Shown here: positions 42,361 through 50,726 of the stretch, piece by piece | Numbering within the stretch: position 1 is the first letter of the stretch | How the letters are laid out: each line of letters begins with the position of its first letter | NCBI GenBank assembly: GCA_023388605.1 | Contig: JAEWFX010000021.1 | Location: forward strand, 1-50,782 | DNA: 50,782 nucleotides | Source: Bacillota bacterium | Lineage (GTDB): Bacteria > Bacillota > Clostridia > Saccharofermentanales > DTU023 | Reading direction: 5' to 3' | The notes under the pieces: generated by a model | The model's input: only the letters and a program-made list of their open reading frames with translations | Databases searched by the model: none | Told to the model about the DNA's origin: nothing | Made by a program: the position numbers and the translations under genes

Positions 42361-43239
42361 ATGCGTAGACTAGCCATCATCGAGAGAGATAGAGAATTTA
42401 GCGAAGCACTGAAAAAGCATCTTACAACTAAACTCTTAGGCTGGGAGATAGAGATATTACCACTGATCCCTCGTCGAGCCAATGAATACAATTATTTGAT
42501 CGTCGAAGAAAGCCTCTGCATGAAGTCATCTTTACAGAACATGACATCACGTAAGATTATTCTACTCAGCAAATCTTTGAATTGCTCTGATCCTGCTAGG
42601 CTATACCGCATCAAGCGTGATCTCAAAATCACTGAAATAGCTGCTTCTATTATCCGTTATATCACAGATCAAAACACAGGTAATGACCACCCCTTGATCT
42701 TGCTCAACACTTTTGAAGCACATCTGCGTCTAACACATCGCTCCATGCTCTTAAGAGACTATGCTAAAGCTGAATACCAGATATTTTACCTTCCTTTAAT
42801 GCCGCTTTATCGCATACCCTTCGCCTTGCAACAGACTAAGACTGGAGGTGGTATCGCAGATTTTTTGCTGAAGCTAGACTGTGGTCTAGACTGTGATTGG
42901 CCTGATTTTGCAGAATGTTTTGAAGATTTGGATATATTGCGTCTGCCAAAACTCGATTGCGGCTTAGAAGATCTCTGTAATCTTTCTGATCAACTATTGC
43001 ATAGATTGATTAAATTATTCCGAGAACTGGTCAAGTATCAAAAGAAACCTACTCTAGGCCTGATCGAAACCTCTGACATTTCGCTCAAAAAAGTACAACA
43101 GATCTCTAATCTAGTCGACCGATGGTACAGCGATGTCCCGAATAATCTTAGTTTCGGCTCACAGATAGCGAGACGTGAGATGGCTTCTATCATAGCCAAC
43201 CTGCCACAACATACCGTGTTCACAGATATTTCAGCTTGA
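42361..43239 (+). CDS. TadZ/CpaE-position protein: receiver-like N-terminus, no Walker A (putative pseudo-ATPase)
   Basis: This is the first gene of the Tad module and has a strong GAGGAGG RBS. 'MRRLAIIERDREFSEAL' resembles the pseudo-receiver start of CpaE/TadZ. There is no GxxGxGK[ST] motif anywhere in the 292 aa. An internal repeat 'KLDCGL(D/E)' occurs twice. Confidence 0.35.
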   Translation: MRRLAIIERDREFSEALKKHLTTKLLGWEIEILPLIPRRANEYNYLIVEESLCMKSSLQNMTSRKIILLSKSLNCSDPARLYRIKRDLKITEIAASIIRYITDQNTGNDHPLILLNTFEAHLRLTHRSMLLRDYAKAEYQIFYLPLMPLYRIPFALQQTKTGGGIADFLLKLDCGLDCDWPDFAECFEDLDILRLPKLDCGLEDLCNLSDQLLHRLIKLFRELVKYQKKPTLGLIETSDISLKKVQQISNLVDRWYSDVPNNLSFGSQIARREMASIIANLPQHTVFTDISA

Positions 43240-43249
43240 AGGTAACAAT

Positions 43250-44443
43250 ATGTATAGTCAACCTTCGCATTTAAAAAATTTGAGCTATAAAGACAGGCAA
43301 ATCTTGATTGAGATTCTGATCAATCGCAGCACGCATCTGGACAGAATGAGTGATGCTCAGCTGAAGCATCAGATCACTCAGCTATTGATCGAAAAATACA
43401 GTAGGCATCGCCTGTCATTAGCAGAGCGGAAGAATTTTACCAAACAGATATTCGATTCCATCCGTGGTTTTGATATATTGCAAAAATTGCTCGACAATCC
43501 GCGTATAACTGAAATCATGGTCAATGGCCCCGAACATATCTACATCGAAGAAAATGGCCGCCTTTCGTTGACGCCTCTGCGTTTTGAAGATCGCAATCAC
43601 TTAGTGCAGGTCATCTGTCGTTTCTTTGGTCGTGCCAATAAATTGATCAATGAAACTTCGCCTATAGCCGGTATGCGTCTGGCAGATGGCTCTCGCATAC
43701 ATGCTGTTCTACCACCAGCGGCACCTGATGGGCCTTGTCTGAGCATCCGTCGTTTTACAGGCATAAAGCCAGACCTCAATTCCTTGATAGCCTGCGGCAC
43801 CATCGATCAAGAGGCTGCTAAGTTTTTGGTCGACTCGGTGAGAAATAAACAGAGCATCTTTGTCAGCGGCGGTACTGGCACGGGCAAAACTACTTTTCTC
43901 AACGCTCTATCCGCTTTTATACCTAAGCAAGAGCGCATAATCACTATAGAGGATTCGCCCGAATTAGATCTCAAGCTGGACAATGTCGTGCGCCTAGAAT
44001 CACGGCCAGCTGGTCCCTCCGGACAAGGAGAAGTCAGTTTAGAAAGTCTGATCAAATCATCTCTGCGTCTCCGTCCAGATCGTATTATCGTCGGTGAAAT
44101 CAGGGGTGGTGAAGCTCTTGAAATGATACAAGCTATGAGCACTGGTCACCCAGGCAGTATGTCAACTGGTCACGGCAACAGTTGTCAGGAGATGGTCGAA
44201 CGTATCTGTCTCCTAATGTTGATGAATTCTCATCTGCCCTGGGACGCTGTGCGACGTCTGACCGCATCTGCACTCGATCTCGTCGTACAACTGGAACGTC
44301 TACCCAATGGTCAGCGCATCGTCAGAGAGATATCACGTCTTGATGGTTACAAACAACAACAACTACTATTCACTCCGCTTTTTATCAGACGCGATCAACG
44401 ATTAGTGCTTGTAGATAAATGCAATACAAAATTAGAAGGTTAA
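43250..44443 (+). CDS. tadA: Tad/Flp pilus assembly ATPase (CpaF/TadA, type II/IV secretion NTPase)
   Basis: 'ITEIMVNGP', Walker A 'SGGTGTGKTT', 'IITIEDSPEL', 'LRLRPDRIIVGEIRG.EA' and 'AMSTGHPGSMSTGHGNS'. Confidence 0.88.
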   Translation: MYSQPSHLKNLSYKDRQILIEILINRSTHLDRMSDAQLKHQITQLLIEKYSRHRLSLAERKNFTKQIFDSIRGFDILQKLLDNPRITEIMVNGPEHIYIEENGRLSLTPLRFEDRNHLVQVICRFFGRANKLINETSPIAGMRLADGSRIHAVLPPAAPDGPCLSIRRFTGIKPDLNSLIACGTIDQEAAKFLVDSVRNKQSIFVSGGTGTGKTTFLNALSAFIPKQERIITIEDSPELDLKLDNVVRLESRPAGPSGQGEVSLESLIKSSLRLRPDRIIVGEIRGGEALEMIQAMSTGHPGSMSTGHGNSCQEMVERICLLMLMNSHLPWDAVRRLTASALDLVVQLERLPNGQRIVREISRLDGYKQQQLLFTPLFIRRDQRLVLVDKCNTKLEG

Positions 44444-44445
44444 CT

Positions 44446-45966
44446 ATGTCAGTATCACTGAAGCAACAACTTAATCAATACGAAGGCTTACCCAGTATCG
44501 CTCTCAAAACCTTACTGCCTACAATGCTAATCAATTACTATGCTCAGCGCTGTTGGCAGATCGATAAACTACTCTATCTCAGTTTTGCTATCGGTTTTCT
44601 CCTGCTCTGGTGCGGTGTTAGTTGGTTCTTTTGGGGACGCTACCGCGAGCTTAAAACAGAACAATTTTTGATCTTTTTAGAATATTTAAGCGGTAAAGTA
44701 TCGGCAGGTCAAACTTTAGAGGCCGCCTTGATTTCAGCTCCTGACGATCTCGAACAGCAGCTCGGCGGTAATAGCAAGACCATCAAAGGTTTGGGTACTA
44801 TGCAGAGGATGCTATCTGCTCAAATCGATCTGGAGATCGTACTGAGACATACTGCCAAATTGTTTGGCAGCAGACATAGCCAAGTCTTTTTCAGCGTCAT
44901 ACCCTTCCTACGTCATTACGGCGGCAAACTCGAGGACTATGTGAGAGAAACTCATCGTTCACTCAGCGATGAAATGCGACTACAAAAAGTTATCGCTTCT
45001 GAACAGAGTGCCAAAAATTCTGAAGCTATGATGATGATCTTGATGCCCTTTGTATTTGCTGTGGTAATGAACCAACAAAAAGATTCAACCAACTCAGCGC
45101 TCTACACAGTACCTACTTTTCTGTACCTTGCCTCTACGCTAGTCGCAGCTATAACTCTGATCATTCTCAGCCACAATCTGATCGACAAAATCAAATTCAA
45201 ACCATATAAACTATCAATTAAGCAGGTTACCAATCCCTATCTTCTCTTATTATCGGACATTTTACTACGTCATTCACCGCTGCACTTCCACAACAAAATC
45301 GCACTTTATCTCAAACAAGTCTCAGAGAATAAGCAACAGGTCTGGCCACGCTATGTACGCAAAAAAATATCGTTCTTTGCACTCGGCTTAGTGCTTGCCT
45401 TACCTGGCTTGATACTACCTGCTAAACCTCAGTGGCAATGTTTGGCGCTACCCATCCTCTTCACATTGCTACAAGATATGGAGATCATTCGACTATATCG
45501 ACAGCAGCAACTTTGCTACAACCTCAGCTATCCTACGCTACTCGCTCTTCTCTCCAATCTTTTGCACAGTGGACTCACCTTGACTAAGAGTCTGAGCCTG
45601 ATCTTTGAATCCTTCGACTACACACAGTATCCGGTGCTTCGTCAAGATCTCAATCTTTTACGCCAAAAAATAGAGAGTGGCATAACAGCTAGGAATGCTC
45701 TTTTGGCACTGAGCGAAAAAATCAGCCGAACCGAAATTGTTTCTTCACTTCACTTGATGGCACGCTACGATCGCGATGGCGGCAATGAACTTTTAGAGAT
45801 ATTGAATTTACAGACAACTACCAGCCGTGATCTGTACAAGGACTCCATGCGCAAGCGTCTACAACAACGCGGACTTCTACTCCTACTACCTATGAGCCTA
45901 GACCTCGCCATCGTTATGATCACTGCAATTTTACCGGCTTTGAGCGCTTTTCATTCAGCTTTTTGA
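44446..45966 (+). CDS. Fused TadB/TadC-like platform protein (two type II secretion system F-like halves)
   Basis: 506 aa. Each half has a soluble helical region flanked by transmembrane segments, for example 'GQTLEAAL' and 'GLTLTKSL', with the C-terminal 'LLLLLPMSLDLAIVMITAILPAL'. The start is the ATG at 44446, 2 nt after the tadA stop. Confidence 0.65.
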   Translation: MSVSLKQQLNQYEGLPSIALKTLLPTMLINYYAQRCWQIDKLLYLSFAIGFLLLWCGVSWFFWGRYRELKTEQFLIFLEYLSGKVSAGQTLEAALISAPDDLEQQLGGNSKTIKGLGTMQRMLSAQIDLEIVLRHTAKLFGSRHSQVFFSVIPFLRHYGGKLEDYVRETHRSLSDEMRLQKVIASEQSAKNSEAMMMILMPFVFAVVMNQQKDSTNSALYTVPTFLYLASTLVAAITLIILSHNLIDKIKFKPYKLSIKQVTNPYLLLLSDILLRHSPLHFHNKIALYLKQVSENKQQVWPRYVRKKISFFALGLVLALPGLILPAKPQWQCLALPILFTLLQDMEIIRLYRQQQLCYNLSYPTLLALLSNLLHSGLTLTKSLSLIFESFDYTQYPVLRQDLNLLRQKIESGITARNALLALSEKISRTEIVSSLHLMARYDRDGGNELLEILNLQTTTSRDLYKDSMRKRLQQRGLLLLLPMSLDLAIVMITAILPALSAFHSAF

Positions 45967-46064
45967 CCTATGTAAATTACCTAGCTATGTCTCATCGTTA
46001 AAACTGTCTTTTCGCCTACGGGCTGAAAATACTAAGTCAGCAAATCTAGAGAAAGGAGAAACTT

Positions 46065-46253
46065 ATGAAACTTGCCTATCTGTACGAAAATAATTATCTG
46101 GCTGCAGACAAGAGACATGAAGCAGGTCTCGGTACTTTAGAAATAGTCTTGATTATCTCAGTATTAATTGCAGCAGCATTGATTTTTCGCAATCAACTAT
46201 TGGAATTCGCCAATGTTCTGATGCAAAAAGTATTTGACCATTCAATCATCTAA
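46065..46253 (+). CDS. flp: Flp/Fap-family prepilin
   Basis: 62 aa with an AAAGGAG RBS. A charged leader is followed by 'EAG|LGTLEIVLIISVLIAAALIF'. That gives a Gly cleavage site, Glu at mature position +5 and a hydrophobic helix, as in Flp pilins. Confidence 0.6.
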   Translation: MKLAYLYENNYLAADKRHEAGLGTLEIVLIISVLIAAALIFRNQLLEFANVLMQKVFDHSII

Positions 46254-46263
46254 AGGAGTAACA

Positions 46264-47322
46264 ATGCAGGCGACAGCAAGCACCCTAAATTTTCGTTGCG
46301 GAGTAAAACCATCCTTAAATTGCTCTAGGGCACAAGCCCTGATCAGCAATACACAAGACGGGGGAATCCCTCTTCGTCTAAACGAACAAACTGGCAAACT
46401 GATACTGCAAGCGAAACTCAATCCAGCTTATAGTTTGGGCTACACCTATACCAAACATCCTGAACTATTTCAGAAATCTAAATTCCTGCAGGATCTACTG
46501 GTCGCCATCACCAATTCGCTGGGTCTGCTCTCAGCAAAAGGTCTCTCCATCGATCTGAATCTGTTGAACACAGATACAGTAGAGATATATGAGGCTCAGC
46601 TTGGTCTGCGCTGTCGCCTGCTCTGTTTGCCCATCGATACATTCGAATTGCAATTGCCAGCACAATTCATCAACTCTACGCCACTCAAACAGTTTTTATT
46701 TGAAAAAATATATATGGAAAATCCAAAAGATCAACGTCGCTGGCAGAATCTACTCAGTCGTTGGTGGAACGCCATCGAAAAGGCTGATTACATCACTGCC
46801 GAAAAATTATTGATGGCTGGCTTCGATAGACAAAAAATAGTGAACAAGAAAAACAAAGCAAAAACGAAGTCTAAACCGTCCACAAAAAAATCTAAAAAAG
46901 TAGAATCGCAACTATCACTACTCAAACAGATCAAACAGAAAATCCAAAATAATGATCTGCCTTTTGAACGCACCATACCAATCTCCCCCGAACAAGCTGA
47001 TTTCAGAGTTGCTCTGCTCAGCGAGTTTCAACCTGGTTCTGAGCAAGAAGATTTTGGCACTCGTGTCTTTATCTTAGTCGATGAATTCATCGTAGGGAGA
47101 GATCGTTTTGTCTGTGACTTAGTGCTGGAAGAATTGACCATCAGCAGGAGACACGCGCGAATTCTACGCTATGGCAGAAACTTTTTCATCGAGGATTTGG
47201 GGTCTGACAACAGCACTTATGTAGATGGACATAAGCTCAAAAAATTCGAAGAATTTTTATTGGAGGATCATTGCAGAATTCAATTCGGAGATCGAACTTT
47301 TTTCTTTTCGGTGGATGACTAA
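46264..47322 (+). CDS. FHA-domain protein with an uncharacterised N-terminal domain and a Lys-rich linker
   Basis: The C-terminal FHA signature is 'FIVGRDRFVCDLVL..LTISRRHARI......FIEDLGSDNSTYVDGHKL'. The start is the ATG at 46264, 5 nt after AAAGGAG. No hydrophobic segment is present. Confidence 0.75.
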   Translation: MQATASTLNFRCGVKPSLNCSRAQALISNTQDGGIPLRLNEQTGKLILQAKLNPAYSLGYTYTKHPELFQKSKFLQDLLVAITNSLGLLSAKGLSIDLNLLNTDTVEIYEAQLGLRCRLLCLPIDTFELQLPAQFINSTPLKQFLFEKIYMENPKDQRRWQNLLSRWWNAIEKADYITAEKLLMAGFDRQKIVNKKNKAKTKSKPSTKKSKKVESQLSLLKQIKQKIQNNDLPFERTIPISPEQADFRVALLSEFQPGSEQEDFGTRVFILVDEFIVGRDRFVCDLVLEELTISRRHARILRYGRNFFIEDLGSDNSTYVDGHKLKKFEEFLLEDHCRIQFGDRTFFFSVDD

Positions 47323-48647
47323 GAGTGTTTGAAATATTGGAACAAGGTGCACTCGATCATACCGTTATAGAGTTTACGTCTTTTGTCCGCACGTCGAACA
47401 ATCGCTTTTTCAAAATATTTATCCGCGGTGATAACTGAAACTCGAAAGGGGGTTTTAAGATTGATTTGACCATCATAGTAAAAACAAATATCAGCGATAG
47501 CACGGTGAATACACTTCATCTCTTCGGCAGTGCCGAGACGCTCAGCATAGGGAGGGTTTGCTACCAGCAAAATACGCTCTGCAGTCTCTAAGCTGGCATC
47601 AGGGAAATATTTTTGCTCGCTCATTTTGATGATATCGCCTTGGCGGAAGTTGACTAACTCTGAGACACCAGCATAGTGAGCATTTTTCTCCGCTTGTGCG
47701 ATATATTCAGCAGATATGTCGCTTCCCCACAATAAGCCACGCAGCTCTGTCAGTCGCTTCTGTTTTTGGGGATCACGCTCCTGATAGTAAAGCAATGACT
47801 TTTGCTTTAGTTGTTCACGTACTCGATCGAAGATGGCCTTGCCACAAATCTTCATCTTTTCAGCAGAGAAATGACGTTTGAGTCCTGGTGCGGTATCACT
47901 CAATATCAATGCTGCCTCGATGATAAAACTACCGACACCACAAACAGGATCCCAGAGTAGTTCACCTCGACTCAAGGTATTTTGAGGGAAATGTGCAAGA
48001 GAGAGTATAGCTGCTGCTAGGGTTTCACGGATGGGGGCGCTGTGGGTCAAACGTCGATAACCGCGTTTATGCAAGCCCTCACCACTGGTATCGAGAGCAA
48101 AGGTCAGACGATCATCGACCATAGCAAACTGCAAGCGATCAGTGCCTAGATCGTCATTTTCTGACCACCTGCCTTCAATGGTATATGTCTCTTTTTCGGG
48201 ACTGTGCTCCATCAGGCGACTGATAATGGCTTTTTTGATCAGTCGCTGCATGGCAGGCACACCGAAGAGCTGTGATTTACGTGAATAACCAGTGACTTCC
48301 AAGAAGTAACCCGGATCTAACACATCTTCCCAGGGTAAGCTGGCTGTAAAGTCAAACAGTTGATCAAAGTTGGTGATATCTGCTGATGCGAGTTCGACCA
48401 AAACACGCTCACAAGATCGAAGCGAGTAGTTCAGCAAGGCGATATTCGTAGACAGATCATCGCCCTCAGATAAAGTGAGTCGCACCAAACCATCTTGCAG
48501 GGTGATCTGTTCCGGGGCAAAACCTAACTGCAATAACTCACTGCGCGTAACAGCCTCAATACCGAACAATGTCGGCAACACCAAAGTGCGAAGCTCGAAA
48601 AACTTAAGGCTCTGATTGGACATCATCGGAGTCTGGTTGAACGACAT
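47319..48647 (-). CDS. THUMP-domain class I SAM-dependent RNA methyltransferase (RlmL/YpsC-like, UPF0020)
   Basis: 'DPVCGVGSFIIEAA' is the SAM-binding motif I and 'LVANPPYAERLG' is the motif IV NPPY. The N-terminal part looks THUMP-like. The start is ambiguous (ATG at 48647, 48626 or 48623); all three lie inside the VanW 3' end. Confidence 0.75.
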   Translation of the reverse strand: MSFNQTPMMSNQSLKFFELRTLVLPTLFGIEAVTRSELLQLGFAPEQITLQDGLVRLTLSEGDDLSTNIALLNYSLRSCERVLVELASADITNFDQLFDFTASLPWEDVLDPGYFLEVTGYSRKSQLFGVPAMQRLIKKAIISRLMEHSPEKETYTIEGRWSENDDLGTDRLQFAMVDDRLTFALDTSGEGLHKRGYRRLTHSAPIRETLAAAILSLAHFPQNTLSRGELLWDPVCGVGSFIIEAALILSDTAPGLKRHFSAEKMKICGKAIFDRVREQLKQKSLLYYQERDPQKQKRLTELRGLLWGSDISAEYIAQAEKNAHYAGVSELVNFRQGDIIKMSEQKYFPDASLETAERILLVANPPYAERLGTAEEMKCIHRAIADICFYYDGQINLKTPFRVSVITADKYFEKAIVRRADKRRKLYNGMIECTLFQYFKHS

Positions 48648-50439
48648 CAGGTTCTGGTTCTACTACAGTAGTAGTTGTAGTGGTCGTAGTCGTGGTGCTA
48701 TTAGGATCGGTGGTAGTAGTCGTCGCGGTCGGCTTAGTATGGCACTCAAACACGGCTGTATAAGGATCATAGTAGCTATCTGCCAGATACTCACGTCCGA
48801 CTTCTTCACCATCTTTATAGTAGGCTTTGTAAGTTGACCAAACAGAACCATCTTTTCTCTTGCGGATTTGTTTGATCTCACCTGGATTTAGATCCTTGTT
48901 TATCCTGTACTCAACCTTATCGTCAGCATAGACGTCTCTGACTTTTTCGCTGACTAATTCGATGGTGGCTCCATCTTTTACCGCCAGTCCGTAGATGGCG
49001 AATAAGGCGGAACCTTCTTCATCATCATAGTGAGTGTAGATGGCATACGGATATTCCGTGTTGTTGGCAATTCTAAGATCAGCCCAGTCTGCTACCATGG
49101 CATCTTGTCCGTAATTGGCATAGGAGATCATCTCTCCGTGATTATGACGTTCTACGATATCGAGGTCGGCTTTGAGAGCAGCTTGGTAGAGAACAGTGCT
49201 AGTCTGGCACAGACCACCACCTAACTCCAGATACGGTATACCATCTTCGACTGCGTAAGCTTCGGCATAACCGTTCTCTATAGTTTGTGGTCCGATCACA
49301 TCGTTATAGGATAAGGTAGCACCCGGCTCGATGATATAGCCTTGGAAAACTTCACAGGCACGACGTATATTTTTGTCGCGTCCTTCTGAACGATAGGGCA
49401 AGTATGTTATAGCTTCGCTGACAAAACCCAATTTCTCCTCTAAGTCAGCTGCCTTGACCTTAGGTTCACGATGCTCTTTGACAGGAATTTTGAACAGACC
49501 AGAGACGACTGTATTATTAGCTACCAAAGTCGGGAGATCGTTTTTCAGCTGATCATTATCGATCAAGACTTCGCTCTTATCAGGAGAGATAATAAACTTG
49601 CGATTGGTGGTATCAAAACCTGTGACCTTGGCATCGGCATATTTACTGTTATATTCCTTTGCCAGTGCTTGTACTACGTCATCGAGACGATCATTATCCA
49701 TCTGGTAAGAGTACGAAAGATTGATCGCTGGCAGTGGCTCTGAGGGTTTGGATTGCCAAAAGAAAGTGCGATGTTCCTTGGCTCGTTCTTCGTCCTTCTC
49801 CAGTGCCTGCTGAAAGATATTGTCGAGATTGAGCGTGACTCCTAGATCATAGATGGATTTAGGGTGTTTCTGTCCCTCAATCTCTATCTCAATATATTGT
49901 GCTCCCAAAAGCTCAGGTATTTTAGCATTCAACTTTTTGTCAAAAGCAGAGCGAGATAAGTTGCTGAGATCTATGTCTGCAAAAAAGGTTTGGTCGCCAG
50001 TTGTAGATTTCTGACTGTACGGCCACAAGATATAAACTGCCCCTAGCATCAAGATAAAGACAATCACGCTGGCTAACAGTCCGTAGTTGACGGGTGCAGA
50101 TTTCTTGTGTTTTTTCTTAGGCTGTGACTTATTAGCTGAGCTCTTTGCTTTGCTCTTAGTCTTGCTGAGACGTTTAGACTTGATATCTCTTTGGAGCTTC
50201 TTCAGCTTATTGCTGAAACTAATCTGCTCTACACTGCGTGTCTTTTTGCTAGTTTTTTTGGCTTTATTATCAGAGCTCTTCTTCGCTGATTTTGACTTAG
50301 CTATTTTCTGATGTAGATCTGTCTGACTATGTTGAAGCTTTCGATGTGCTTGTACGGCTACATCGAGTGGAGAAGATAGCGAAGTAAAAGGTACCTTTTT
50401 ACGCTCGTCAGTTTTGTTGGTTTTCTGCAAATCAGACAA
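48604..50439 (-). CDS. VanW-domain protein with a basic N-terminus, one TM segment, a G5-like domain and a poly-Thr acidic tail
   Basis: The VanW core is 'LGGGLCQTSTVLYQAALKADL'. The single TM segment is 'LLASVIVFILMLGAVYILW'. The C-terminus reads 'TATTTTTDPNSTTTTTTTTTTVVEPEPD'. The start is a TTG 8 nt after GGAGG. Confidence 0.75.
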   Translation of the reverse strand: MSDLQKTNKTDERKKVPFTSLSSPLDVAVQAHRKLQHSQTDLHQKIAKSKSAKKSSDNKAKKTSKKTRSVEQISFSNKLKKLQRDIKSKRLSKTKSKAKSSANKSQPKKKHKKSAPVNYGLLASVIVFILMLGAVYILWPYSQKSTTGDQTFFADIDLSNLSRSAFDKKLNAKIPELLGAQYIEIEIEGQKHPKSIYDLGVTLNLDNIFQQALEKDEERAKEHRTFFWQSKPSEPLPAINLSYSYQMDNDRLDDVVQALAKEYNSKYADAKVTGFDTTNRKFIISPDKSEVLIDNDQLKNDLPTLVANNTVVSGLFKIPVKEHREPKVKAADLEEKLGFVSEAITYLPYRSEGRDKNIRRACEVFQGYIIEPGATLSYNDVIGPQTIENGYAEAYAVEDGIPYLELGGGLCQTSTVLYQAALKADLDIVERHNHGEMISYANYGQDAMVADWADLRIANNTEYPYAIYTHYDDEEGSALFAIYGLAVKDGATIELVSEKVRDVYADDKVEYRINKDLNPGEIKQIRKRKDGSVWSTYKAYYKDGEEVGREYLADSYYDPYTAVFECHTKPTATTTTTDPNSTTTTTTTTTTVVEPEPDVVQPDSDDVQSEP

Positions 50440-50504
50440 CTATATTCCCTCCACAAAGGATTAACATTTTCTACTTGTAAATATAACAGATATGCGCCTT
50501 ATAG

Positions 50505-50581
50505 TGGCGTCCACGAGAGGATTCGAACCTCCGACCCCTCGCTTAGGAGGCGAGTGCTCTATCCAGCTGAGCTACGTGGAC
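50505..50581 (-). tRNA. tRNA-Arg (anticodon CCU), CCA encoded
   Basis: The minus strand reads GUCCACG-UA-GCUC-AGCUGGAUA-GAGC-A-CUCGC-CUCCUAA-GCGAG-GGGUC-GGAGG-UUCGAAU-CCUCU-CGUGGAC-G-CCA. This is a full 77-nt cloverleaf. Confidence 0.93.
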
Positions 50582-50666
50582 AACTAGAGTAGATAATAGG
50601 TCAAATGTAGATCACTGTCTATAAATTACTAATTTAGGATATGCTAAGTCACCAAAATCAGAACAA

Positions 50667-50705
50667 CAAAAAGCCAAGAGCAGTAGTTCTCTTGGCTTTT
50701 CTTTG
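50667..50705 (-). terminator. Intrinsic terminator of the gene entering from the right edge
   Basis: The minus strand reads AAGCCAAGAG-AACUACUG-CUCUUGGCUU followed by UUUGUUGUU. Confidence 0.7.
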
Positions 50706-50726
50706 TGTGCGTTTTAGATAGATATT

